Below are positions 1-9,550 of a stretch of DNA of 64,000 bases, piece by piece. The position numbers and the translations under genes were made by a program. The DNA comes from an uncultured Gammaproteobacteria bacterium (lineage in GTDB: Bacteria; Patescibacteriota; Patescibacteriia; PEXW01). How positions within the stretch are numbered: position 1 is the first letter of the stretch; each line of letters begins with the position of its first letter. The notes below the pieces were generated by a model, which saw only the letters and a list, made by a program, of their open reading frames with translations, made no database searches and was not told where the DNA came from. The stretch covers positions 65,656-129,655 of the forward strand of contig CAZAMC010000002.1 of assembly GCA_964486505.1 (NCBI GenBank), in the 5' to 3' direction.

Positions 1-1
1 C

Positions 2-928
2 TTGGGCATGCTCGTGTGCGTCACCGGCGTGTCCGGCAGTGGCAAGTCCACGCTCATCACCGACATCCTCTCCCGCGCCCTCGCGCAGGAGTTCTACAAT
101 GCCAAAGACCTGCCCGGGAAGCACGACCGCATTGATGGCATGGAGTACTTGGATAAAGTTATTACCATTGACCAGTCGCCCATTGGCCGCACCCCGCGGT
201 CCAACCCGGCCACCTACACGGGCGTGTTCACGCCTATCCGCGACTTGTTCACGCAAATGCCCGAAGCCAAGCAGCGCGGGTTTGGTCCGGGTCGGTTCAG
301 TTTCAACGTGCCCGGCGGCCGATGCGAGGCCTGCGAAGGTGACGGCCTGGTACGCATCGAAATGCACTTCCTGCCCGACGTATACGTGGAGTGTGAGGAG
401 TGCCATGGCCGACGCTACAATCCGCAGGTGCTGGAGGTGCTGTATAAGGGCAAGAACATTGCCGACGTGCTGGATATGACTGTGGAAGAGGCGCTGGAGT
501 TTTTCCGGAACATTCCCGCAATCAAAGCCAAGTTGCAGACCCTCATGGACGTGGGCCTGGGGTACATTCACCTGGGGCAGAGTGCGACCACGCTCTCGGG
601 CGGTGAAGCGCAGCGCGTGAAGCTCGCTACTGAACTTTCCCGGCGGGCCACCGGCCGCACGCTTTACATCCTGGACGAGCCCACCACCGGCCTGCACGTA
701 GATGACGTGAAGCGTTTGCTCGGCGTGCTCTCGCAATTGGTGGACAAGGGCAACAGCGTGCTCGTCATCGAGCACAACCTGGACGTCATTAAGAGCGCAG
801 ACTGGATTGTGGACCTGGGCCCGGGCGGGGGCGACAAAGGCGGAAGGTTGGTGGCCGAAGGCCGGCCTAAGGACGTGGCGAAGGTGAAGGGGAGTTATAC
901 CGGGCAGTACCTGAAGAAGGTCTTGTAA
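2..928 (+). CDS. uvrA: excinuclease ABC subunit A, C-terminal part (5' end lies outside window)
   Basis: Walker [11 protein letters not shown], CxxC...CxxC zinc module, ABC signature LSGGEAQR, Walker [13 protein letters not shown]; reading frame enters at window edge, stop at 926-928. Confidence 0.9.
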   Translation: MGMLVCVTGVSGSGKSTLITDILSRALAQEFYNAKDLPGKHDRIDGMEYLDKVITIDQSPIGRTPRSNPATYTGVFTPIRDLFTQMPEAKQRGFGPGRFSFNVPGGRCEACEGDGLVRIEMHFLPDVYVECEECHGRRYNPQVLEVLYKGKNIADVLDMTVEEALEFFRNIPAIKAKLQTLMDVGLGYIHLGQSATTLSGGEAQRVKLATELSRRATGRTLYILDEPTTGLHVDDVKRLLGVLSQLVDKGNSVLVIEHNLDVIKSADWIVDLGPGGGDKGGRLVAEGRPKDVAKVKGSYTGQYLKKVL

Positions 929-937
929 AAAATAAGA

Positions 938-968
938 ACACCTCGACAATCCGGTCGAGGTGTTTTTG
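938..968. terminator. bidirectional rho-independent terminator between uvrA (+) and the convergent - strand genes
   Basis: perfect inverted repeat acacctcgac/gtcgaggtgt (loop aatccg) followed by TTTTT on + strand and A-run on the other side. Confidence 0.8.
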
Positions 969-970
969 GT

Positions 971-1519
971 TTAGCGCACGAGGTGCACCGGCAAGGGGAG
1001 CGGCACTTCCAGTCGGCGGGGTACGTCTGCTTCACGTTGAGCAATCGTTTGCTTCAAGACCTTTCGATCGGTAATGCCCACCACGCCCCAGTGCGCAGCT
1101 AGATCGGCAAATGTTATCTTCAGCCGGATCGGTAGCGCGTCCCAGTTCTCCGCCCGTTTTGGCAGGAGCCAGGCACGACCACAGGTCGGGCAGCTGAAAA
1201 TCGCATTGGGGTGCAGCGCGATGTACGGAAAATCAATGAGCAGGTTGCCGCAGCAGTGGTAGGCCGGGGAAAAGCGCTGCACGGTGCATTCCCCCGTAAA
1301 GCCCAGGCGCAGATTGCGTCCTTGTTTGTCGCTCCAGGTGATAACTTGACCCGGGGCAACCGTCACCGAGTCGCCAATGCGCGCAATGGTAAAGTGCCGT
1401 TCACCGTCACCAGGGCCCAGGGTGAGCCGGACAGCCGACGCGGCGTATTCAACCAGCAGTCGTTCTCCACCGTAGCCAATCGTGCTGGGCGTTTGGCATC
1501 TAAGGTACAGGTGTCCCAT
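971..1519 (-). CDS. hypothetical Cys-containing protein tightly coupled downstream of csrA (ORF-track start 1594; the Met at 1519 has the GGAGGT RBS)
   Basis: ORF 971..1594; internal ATG at 1519 preceded by ttGGAGGTaaaa; motifs CPTCGR and HCCG; no family recognised. Confidence 0.5.
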   Translation of the reverse strand: MGHLYLRCQTPSTIGYGGERLLVEYAASAVRLTLGPGDGERHFTIARIGDSVTVAPGQVITWSDKQGRNLRLGFTGECTVQRFSPAYHCCGNLLIDFPYIALHPNAIFSCPTCGRAWLLPKRAENWDALPIRLKITFADLAAHWGVVGITDRKVLKQTIAQREADVPRRLEVPLPLPVHLVR

Positions 1520-1611
1520 TTTTACCTCCAATGTTTGGACAGCGCCTACTCTACGAGTTTGGCTCAGCGTAGTCAAATAAGACAGCCTCCGCATTACGCA
1601 GAGGCTGGCAT

Positions 1612-1821
1612 TCAGAAGATCCCGAAGATCTTTTTTCTAGGTTGGGGGGCTTGGGCTTTCTGTTTCTGGATCTGGTCGTGGACCTCTTCGCGGTGGACTG
1701 CCACTTTTTGATCGGCATCTATGCCGAGGCGGACTTGTCGCCCGCTGATCCCGATAACTCTCACCACGGTGTCGTCACCAATGGTGATTGCTTCCCCCAA
1801 CTTGCGAGTAAGAATGAGCAC
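1612..1821 (-). CDS. csrA: carbon storage regulator CsrA (RNA-binding translational regulator)
   Basis: 69 aa [47 protein letters not shown] matches CsrA family signature (MLxLxRKxGExIxIGD...GIDAP..V.V.REE). Confidence 0.85.
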   Translation of the reverse strand: MLILTRKLGEAITIGDDTVVRVIGISGRQVRLGIDADQKVAVHREEVHDQIQKQKAQAPQPRKKIFGIF

Positions 1822-2011
1822 GGCCTTGACCTCCTATACATGGTCATTGTGTGCCGGGTTGTGCCCGTTGGGGCGTTTTTATTGTTGGCGGAGTATACCA
1901 ATTAGCTTTTTGCTGTCAACCCCATGCCACTTTTACAAAGGGAAAGGGGCGTGGGGTCAAGCCCCGTGCGCTGCATTTGCCGTGCGGAGGTGTGGACGCT
2001 AGCATGCAGGT

Positions 2012-2938
2012 ATGACCCCCACTGAACAGGCAATTCTTCGGACCGTGGCGTACTTCGACATCTTCAACTACCCGTTAACGGCCTGGGAGGTTTGGAAGTG
2101 GCTGCTCGGTGGTACCCCAACCGTGCAGGTGGCGTACCCTGAGGTGGTTGAGGCATTGCAATCCAGCACTGTGCTCCAGGAGAAACTGGACCACCACCAG
2201 GGTTTCTACTTCCTGCGGGGGCGGGCCGAAAATGTCCAGCTCCGCCAGGAACGGTACCGCCTCGCACTCACCAAGTTGGAGCGTGCCCAGCGCTTTGCGC
2301 AGACGCTTGCTCGGCTTCCGTACGTTCGCGCGGTTTTCGCGTGCAACTCCTTGGGGCTGGCGAATGCGCGCAGCGAGAGTGACATTGATTTCTTCATCCT
2401 CGTAAAACGCGGGCACGTGTGGGCCGTTCGTTTGCTCGCGGCCGGGTGGGCCAAACTGCGGAAGCTCCGGCCTCGACCGGCCAACCGACAAGATACCTTC
2501 TGCCTGTCTTTTTTCTTGGCCGATGATGCCCTGAATCTGCACACACTGCGCTTGCCTGCCGACCCATACCTCACCATGTGGCTCGCAACGCTCGTGCCCC
2601 TCTACGATCCGGCAAACCTGCGCGCCCAAGTGTGGAGCGAGAATGCGTGGGTGCAGGCCGCACTCCCGCATGCGCAGCCTCGGGACCTTTCGGCCATGCG
2701 CAGCGCCTCCGCGTGGCGGGCAACGTGGGCCGCGCCGCTCGTAGGGCTAGCCTGGTTTGAGCGCTTGGCAGAAAAAATTCAGCAGCGCGTGTTGGCGCCA
2801 AACCTGCGGACCCTCGCGAACCAAGATTCCCGCGTGGTTATGAACGACACTATGCTTAAGTTCCACGATAACGATCGGCGGGCAGAATACGCGCGAATGT
2901 TTCAGGAGCGGCTCGCTACTCTGGGCATACCGGCATGA
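2012..2938 (+). CDS. Pol-beta superfamily nucleotidyltransferase-domain protein
   Basis: NTase motif NSLGLANARSESDIDFFIL (hG[GS]...DxD); overlaps stop/start with downstream membrane gene (2935). Confidence 0.6.
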   Translation: MTPTEQAILRTVAYFDIFNYPLTAWEVWKWLLGGTPTVQVAYPEVVEALQSSTVLQEKLDHHQGFYFLRGRAENVQLRQERYRLALTKLERAQRFAQTLARLPYVRAVFACNSLGLANARSESDIDFFILVKRGHVWAVRLLAAGWAKLRKLRPRPANRQDTFCLSFFLADDALNLHTLRLPADPYLTMWLATLVPLYDPANLRAQVWSENAWVQAALPHAQPRDLSAMRSASAWRATWAAPLVGLAWFERLAEKIQQRVLAPNLRTLANQDSRVVMNDTMLKFHDNDRRAEYARMFQERLATLGIPA

Positions 2939-4299
2939 CCCGTACCGACCGCCTCCTCACTTTGGGCCTGGGTTTATACGTGGCCTTGTTGCCGTGGCAA
3001 ACGCGGGTCATGCTCGACCAGCCGCGCTTGGGTGTTGAGCTCACCGAGTACGGCTCCCTCAGCGTGTACGCCACGGATATTCTCCTCGTGCTCATCCTGC
3101 TGGGAGCGTGGCTGTTCACGCGGCCCCGCCGCATGTCTGCGCCCGTTGGCTACGGCCTCGTCGCGTTGCTCGTGGTGTGCCTAGGTTCGGCACTCTACGC
3201 CAATCGGAGCGAAGTCGCCTTAGCCGGAGTGCGTATCTTATTGAGCGGCGCAGCGCTCTGGTGGCTGCTGCAGCAAGAGTGGGCGAGTCGCCGTTTTATC
3301 TTGGGGTGTTTTCTGGGGGGCGCGGTGCTGCAAGCCCTCTTTGCGATTGGTCAATTTGTGGCGCAGACCAGTCCGGCGGCAAGTCTGCTGGGGTTGGCAG
3401 CGCACGATCCCGGCACCCTGGGCACGTCCGTGGTTGCCGTGGCAGGGCAGCGATGGCTGCGCGCGTATGGCAGTTTGCCCCACCCGAATATTCTGGGCGG
3501 CTATTTGGCCGTAGCGCTGCTCGTCACTTTTGGTTTCTACCTCCGGGCCTACGACGCCGTTCGTCAAGGTTTTGCCACGTGGACGCGGGAGAACATTCAC
3601 CGCCACATCGAGGGCAAGCGCTGGTACTGGCGCCAGGCCCAGCAGATCGCCGGCCTGCTCGCTATCCAAGCGATTCTTGTTGTTGGCCTACTCCTTACCT
3701 TCTCCCGCTCGGCCTGGATTGGTTTCTTGGCGGCCTGGGTGGTTATGCTGGCGGTGCTGCTGGTCCAGCGGTGGCCCCAGGCGTGGCAGCTGTGGGTGAA
3801 GTGGACGTTCTTCTTGGGTGTCATTACGGTGTTCGTTGTTCTTGCGGTGCCCCAGGCATTTGTTGCGCGATCCACTGCCGAAGGGCAGCTGGAGCAGCAG
3901 TCCATTAGTGCTCGTCAGCAGCAGTTCGACGATGCGTACGACCTCCTCAAGCTGGAACCGCTCCGGGGTGTGGGGTACGGCAACATGGTGGTTGCGATTC
4001 GCGACCGGCTGGGCGTTGCGCGGGCGAGCGTCCACGATTACCAGCCCGTCCACAACATCTACCTCCTCAGTGTAGTGGAGCTGGGCGTCATCGGTGGGTT
4101 GCTCTTCTTAGCGACGTGCGTGCTTGCGCTCCGCTCAGCCCTCGTAAAAGTGTTTACCCGGGGCCGGTGGTCAGATGTCGTTGCCCTGGCGAGCCTCGCG
4201 TGCCTGCTGGTCATCGGTCTCTTCGACCACTACCTGTGGACGTTGGGCTTTGGCGTGAGCTTTTTTTGGGTCGTGGTGGGGTGGGGGAGCCGGGAGTAG
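2935..4299 (+). CDS. O-antigen ligase (Wzy_C)-like polytopic membrane protein
   Basis: ~10 predicted TM helices, central FSRSAWIGFLAAWVVML loop motif typical of O-antigen ligase/WaaL family. Confidence 0.7.
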   Translation: MTRTDRLLTLGLGLYVALLPWQTRVMLDQPRLGVELTEYGSLSVYATDILLVLILLGAWLFTRPRRMSAPVGYGLVALLVVCLGSALYANRSEVALAGVRILLSGAALWWLLQQEWASRRFILGCFLGGAVLQALFAIGQFVAQTSPAASLLGLAAHDPGTLGTSVVAVAGQRWLRAYGSLPHPNILGGYLAVALLVTFGFYLRAYDAVRQGFATWTRENIHRHIEGKRWYWRQAQQIAGLLAIQAILVVGLLLTFSRSAWIGFLAAWVVMLAVLLVQRWPQAWQLWVKWTFFLGVITVFVVLAVPQAFVARSTAEGQLEQQSISARQQQFDDAYDLLKLEPLRGVGYGNMVVAIRDRLGVARASVHDYQPVHNIYLLSVVELGVIGGLLFLATCVLALRSALVKVFTRGRWSDVVALASLACLLVIGLFDHYLWTLGFGVSFFWVVVGWGSRE

Positions 4300-4300
4300 G

Positions 4301-4588
4301 TCAGGGCAGCATCTTCATGTGCTGAACACGGCGGTGAATCTTTTGGATTTTCCACCAGCGGTGGAATGCCACGCCGGCCCAGAATACTTCTACGGCCCCA
4401 AAAAGCCAGGCGCCCGAGAGAAAGCCGTACACCGAGCTCGCAACACACGCACACGCAAAGGCAAAGACGAACCGTGGGTGGCGCCGTTCAAAGGCGTAGA
4501 ACACCAACATGGCCGTTATGGCTACTAAGCCGAAGAGGGTAGTGGGATTCATTGGGGAAAGTATCCTGGATGCCCAGGAGATTAGCAA
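4301..4588 (-). CDS. small hypothetical membrane protein
   Basis: 95-aa ORF with 3 hydrophobic segments; no homology recognised. Confidence 0.35.
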   Translation of the reverse strand: MLISWASRILSPMNPTTLFGLVAITAMLVFYAFERRHPRFVFAFACACVASSVYGFLSGAWLFGAVEVFWAGVAFHRWWKIQKIHRRVQHMKMLP

Positions 4589-4601
4589 ACCCCTGCGTAT
4601 G

Positions 4602-4631
4602 CTTGACAGCCCTGGTTTTCTTGCATAAAAT
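4602..4631 (+). promoter_or_regulatory. sigma70-type promoter of groESL (TTGACA-N18-TAAAAT)
   Basis: TTGACA at 4602-4607, TAAAAT at 4626-4631, immediately upstream of CIRCE. Confidence 0.65.
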
Positions 4632-4647
4632 CTCTCTCACAAGGCAT

Positions 4648-4674
4648 TTAGCACTCACTAGTCGTAAGTGCTAA
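4648..4674 (+). promoter_or_regulatory. CIRCE operator (HrcA binding site) TTAGCACTC-N9-AAGTGCTAA
   Basis: 9-bp inverted repeat with 9-nt spacer matching CIRCE consensus TTAGCACTC-N9-GAGTGCTAA (one mismatch), between promoter and groES. Confidence 0.85.
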
Positions 4675-4715
4675 ATGCATACTCCTCACCAATCTTACGT
4701 AATCCAGCGAAGCTT

Positions 4716-6667
<1,952 letters not shown>

Positions 6668-6687
6668 AAGGTAATGTAGTAGAACGC

Positions 6688-6717
6688 AGAGGGGCTGAAG
6701 GGTCCCTCTTCGTTTTG
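6688..6717 (+). terminator. rho-independent terminator of groESL
   Basis: agaggg-N10-ccctct hairpin followed by TCGTTTT. Confidence 0.75.
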
Positions 6718-6840
6718 CGAGCGAAGTGAAGCAAACTTGCTGCACTGGCTACGCAAGATTGCTTCGCCCGCCGAATGGCGGGACTCGCAATGACAAACAC
6801 CCGCTCTGGAGAAGAGCGGGCGGGAGAGAAGTATAAGAGA

Positions 6841-6870
6841 ACAAACCCCCGTTCAATTAGGACGGGGGTT
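6841..6870 (-). terminator. terminator of the - strand membrane-protein gene
   Basis: cccccgt/acggggg hairpin followed by TTTGTTCT on - strand. Confidence 0.6.
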
Positions 6871-6896
6871 GTAGCAAAAGACGATTTTGCGCATCT

Positions 6897-7751
6897 CTAG
6901 GCCATGGGCGAGGCACTGCCGGGAGTAGCCAGAATCCAGGCGAGTAAGTAGATCCAGACAAATACAGTCATGACTCCTTGTGGGTATAGGTCCCGGTTTT
7001 TATTGTGATAGGGGACGAACAACCCAGTGGCGAATATTCCGAAGGTGACAAATATTAGCAGAATCGTCCAGCCCGGAAACGAACCAAAGAGGGAGTTTGC
7101 GAAGACCGCAGTGCCGAGAGTCGGAACTAGGAGATATACGCCCGTAGTTCCACCCCAGTCCGCATCTTCATTTGCCTCACGCTTACCTTTGATTCTTTCG
7201 TGTGCCGCTCCTGCTTCTTGACTATCCTTCACTTCTTCACGTAGGAGGTAGAACATGCAGGCAATGAGCATAAAGAACCACGTCCAGCCTGATAGCGCAG
7301 TCCCGCTCGCTAACCACCCTACCAGCACCGGGGTGGTACAAATGATTGCAACTTCGAGATTCCGGGGTTCGTCGGTACGACTCATTGTGTAGTCTGCCAC
7401 GAGCCCGCCGGCGATGAATATGGCTATGGTGGCACCTAGGGAGAGGTAGTTGATCGTGATGACGATCGAAGTCAGGAATGCCAAGCCGGCAATTGGCCCT
7501 AGCACCCATGGTCGGCGCTTGGGGAGGTAATCATTGACGTGCCGCGAGAACGGTTTGTCATGTTTTTGGAACGCGCAGTGGAATGCGCTACTGGCGAAAA
7601 CCAAGAGGGCCATGGCACTGGCGCCGGCAATCACCATCGGGGTGAGGCTAAAGTCCCGGGCAGCAATCGTGGCGAAGGCCACGACCGCGAAGGCCGCAGT
7701 CAGACACTGGAATGGTCTAACGATGACAAGGAACTGTTTGAAGATGCTCAT
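6897..7751 (-). CDS. hypothetical polytopic membrane protein (8-9 TM)
   Basis: 284-aa hydrophobic ORF, acidic/basic loop KDSQEAGAAHERIKGKREANEDADW; no family assigned. Confidence 0.55.
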   Translation of the reverse strand: MSIFKQFLVIVRPFQCLTAAFAVVAFATIAARDFSLTPMVIAGASAMALLVFASSAFHCAFQKHDKPFSRHVNDYLPKRRPWVLGPIAGLAFLTSIVITINYLSLGATIAIFIAGGLVADYTMSRTDEPRNLEVAIICTTPVLVGWLASGTALSGWTWFFMLIACMFYLLREEVKDSQEAGAAHERIKGKREANEDADWGGTTGVYLLVPTLGTAVFANSLFGSFPGWTILLIFVTFGIFATGLFVPYHNKNRDLYPQGVMTVFVWIYLLAWILATPGSASPMA

Positions 7752-7873
7752 TCGACTCCTCCTGGGCTATGTTTTGTTTCTAGTATTGCGAACCTTACCA
7801 CTCATTTCCACGACGTCAAGGTGAGTATCGAAAGAATGCCCTTACCCTGGAGAAGCTTGGCATTCCAATATTG

Positions 7874-7915
7874 AGACATACCAGGCATGGGTGGCGGGAT
7901 GGGGATGGATTACTA
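7874..7915 (+). pseudogene. orphan relic of a groEL 3' end (encodes [13 protein letters not shown]-stop)
   Basis: nucleotide and peptide similarity to groEL 6625-6667 (ggcatgggtgg...atggggatgg..gattaYtaR); preceded immediately by in-frame TGA so no intact gene. Confidence 0.45.
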
Positions 7916-8080
7916 GAGTTGTCGTGAGGGGGAACCAATCGTGGTTCCCCCTTCCCGTACCCCCTCCACTTTTGGAGTTGCGGCGTCACCCCTCGGATAC
8001 GCCAAGCTTGATCCTCGGGGTTCCTTGCAACACATTGAGAACGTTCAAGCGCAGGTCTCCGTGCCTGCGCTTGCTCCGTT

Positions 8081-8118
8081 ACAGAGTAGAAACACCCGCT
8101 CTCCAAACAGGGCGGGTG
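8081..8118 (-). terminator. terminator-like hairpin after the 8126-8674 gene
   Basis: acacccgc/gcgggtgt stem followed by TTTCT on - strand. Confidence 0.5.
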
Positions 8119-8125
8119 TGAAAGA

Positions 8126-8674
8126 TCAGATGAGCTCGATGCGAGATTCGCCGAGCAGGGTGTTGGCGTTGACAATGGCCTGCCAGAGCGAGATTTCGAG
8201 GGGGAGGTGATGGTCGCAGACCCGAACCGAGAGTATCCGCGATATGATATTGGGCGGTCGGAAGTCCGCGGGGTCTTTCCGTAAGAGCCGGACATTCTCA
8301 CTGCCGCACATGGGGCAGCGGTCCAGGTAGACGAAGTCGTCCTTCCCACAGTAGCTAATCACCGGGCGATGAACGTCCCGCGTTGGCCGTTTGCAGGCGG
8401 CAGCAACGCTGTGCGCAATTTCCGCCGAGAAATTTTTCGCCCGAATTTGCACTGCCCGAATCCAGTCGGCTTCCGCCGTGGCAAACGTCAGCTGTGCCTT
8501 CGCCACCCAGGTGGGAGTCTGCCCCGCCAAGAGCACGGGGTTGCCCAGGGTTATGAACATCTGGTGCTGGGCATGTCCGTTCGCATGGGCAGTGAGCGCT
8601 TCGGGCATATTGCCATTCTGCAAGTGCTCGCGCGCGATGCCCGTCATGGCCACCGCTTTGAACTTTGGTTCCAA
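8126..8674 (-). CDS. hypothetical protein with CPMCG...C.HH metal-binding-like motif
   Basis: 182-aa ORF; no family recognised. Confidence 0.5.
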   Translation of the reverse strand: MEPKFKAVAMTGIAREHLQNGNMPEALTAHANGHAQHQMFITLGNPVLLAGQTPTWVAKAQLTFATAEADWIRAVQIRAKNFSAEIAHSVAAACKRPTRDVHRPVISYCGKDDFVYLDRCPMCGSENVRLLRKDPADFRPPNIISRILSVRVCDHHLPLEISLWQAIVNANTLLGESRIELI

Positions 8675-8770
8675 GCATCCTCCTTGGTGCTATGTTGGGT
8701 TTGGTTTCAAGTTCGCAGTCTACCACCGGCCGTTGCGCCGTCAAGGTGGGGCGGCTATACTGGGAGCACT

Positions 8771-9073
8771 ATGGATCCCATCACCGAGAAAACCCAGAAT
8801 ACGGGCTTCAATAATCAGCGCAACCTCCTGGCCGCGCTCGGCTACGTGTGGTTTGTGTGCGTCGTGGTTTTGCTGCTCAAGCGGGGCGACCCGTTCATCA
8901 CGCAGCACGCGCGCAATGGCACGGCGCTCTTCATCCTGTCTGTCTTCTGGTTCATCCCACCAATCGGCGTGGTTGTCCTGCTCTTCGAGCTCTACGGATT
9001 CTACCAGGCGTTCATTGGCCGGCCGTACAAGTTGCCGCTCATCGGCGACTGGCTGGAGACCATTAAGCTGTAA
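8771..9073 (+). CDS. DUF4870/TM2-like small membrane protein (ORF-track 8369 start trimmed to Met with GGGAG RBS)
   Basis: 100 aa, two TM helices, motif LGYVWFVC...FIPPIGVVVL typical of the family; upstream part of long ORF has no coding signal and overlaps 8126-8674 gene on opposite strand. Confidence 0.6.
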   Translation: MDPITEKTQNTGFNNQRNLLAALGYVWFVCVVVLLLKRGDPFITQHARNGTALFILSVFWFIPPIGVVVLLFELYGFYQAFIGRPYKLPLIGDWLETIKL

Positions 9074-9232
9074 CGTTATTGTCATTGCGGGCCCGAAGGC
9101 CGAAGCAGTTTTTTGGCTATCCGGTCGGGCAAGATTGTCACGTCGCTGCACTCCTCGCAATGACCCCGTTTGACGTCCGCTCGGCCATTCCCTAGGATGC
9201 GGGCAACACCAAGAGCGTACATGGAGGTTTCT

Positions 9233-9436
9233 ATGGGGTATCGTCTGCATCAGACTCGAGAGTGTCCTTTGTGCCGGCACAACGTTCCGCGCTCTAGCTT
9301 CGAGGACCACTACAGTGGTCATTTCAAGAAGCGGAAGCCCACGGCCGCCCAGCCCGCTGTACCGGCTGGCGAAGTAACCGCCCGCCTGGCCGATCCAAAC
9401 GTCAGCGCCGACCTGCGCACCGTCGAGCTGCTCTGA
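9233..9436 (+). CDS. small hypothetical protein with CPLCRH zinc-knuckle (start moved to Met with GGAGG RBS)
   Basis: GGAGGtttctATG at 9221-9235; 67 aa. Confidence 0.4.
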   Translation: MGYRLHQTRECPLCRHNVPRSSFEDHYSGHFKKRKPTAAQPAVPAGEVTARLADPNVSADLRTVELL

Positions 9437-9451
9437 ACTCGACGCACTGTT

Positions 9452-9484
9452 GAAGCCCGGGATCCACTCGGGCTTCTTCTTTTG
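9452..9484 (+). terminator. rho-independent terminator
   Basis: gaagcccg-N9-cgggcttc hairpin then TTCTTCTTTTGG. Confidence 0.75.
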
Positions 9485-9485
9485 G

Positions 9486-9514
9486 TGGACAAAGACGCAT
9501 TTTTATGCTAAAAT
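9486..9514 (+). promoter_or_regulatory. sigma70-type promoter of ppsA (TGGACA-N17-TAAAAT)
   Basis: -35 at 9486-9491, -10 at 9509-9514. Confidence 0.55.
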
Positions 9515-9550
9515 AGTTACAGCTTGTCATCACATCTAAACAGACATCCT

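Noticed and set aside
971-1594. Assigning the csrA-downstream ORF to the MOSC family
   Set aside because: Only vague resemblance (VGDxV beta-barrel-like stretch, conserved Cys); not enough to support a call.
8369-9173. Overlapping 234-aa and 260-aa + strand ORFs
   Set aside because: Their 5' two-thirds overlap the - strand gene 8126-8674 and lack coding character; only the 3' 100 codons (8771-9073, DUF4870-like, with GGGAG RBS) look genuine.
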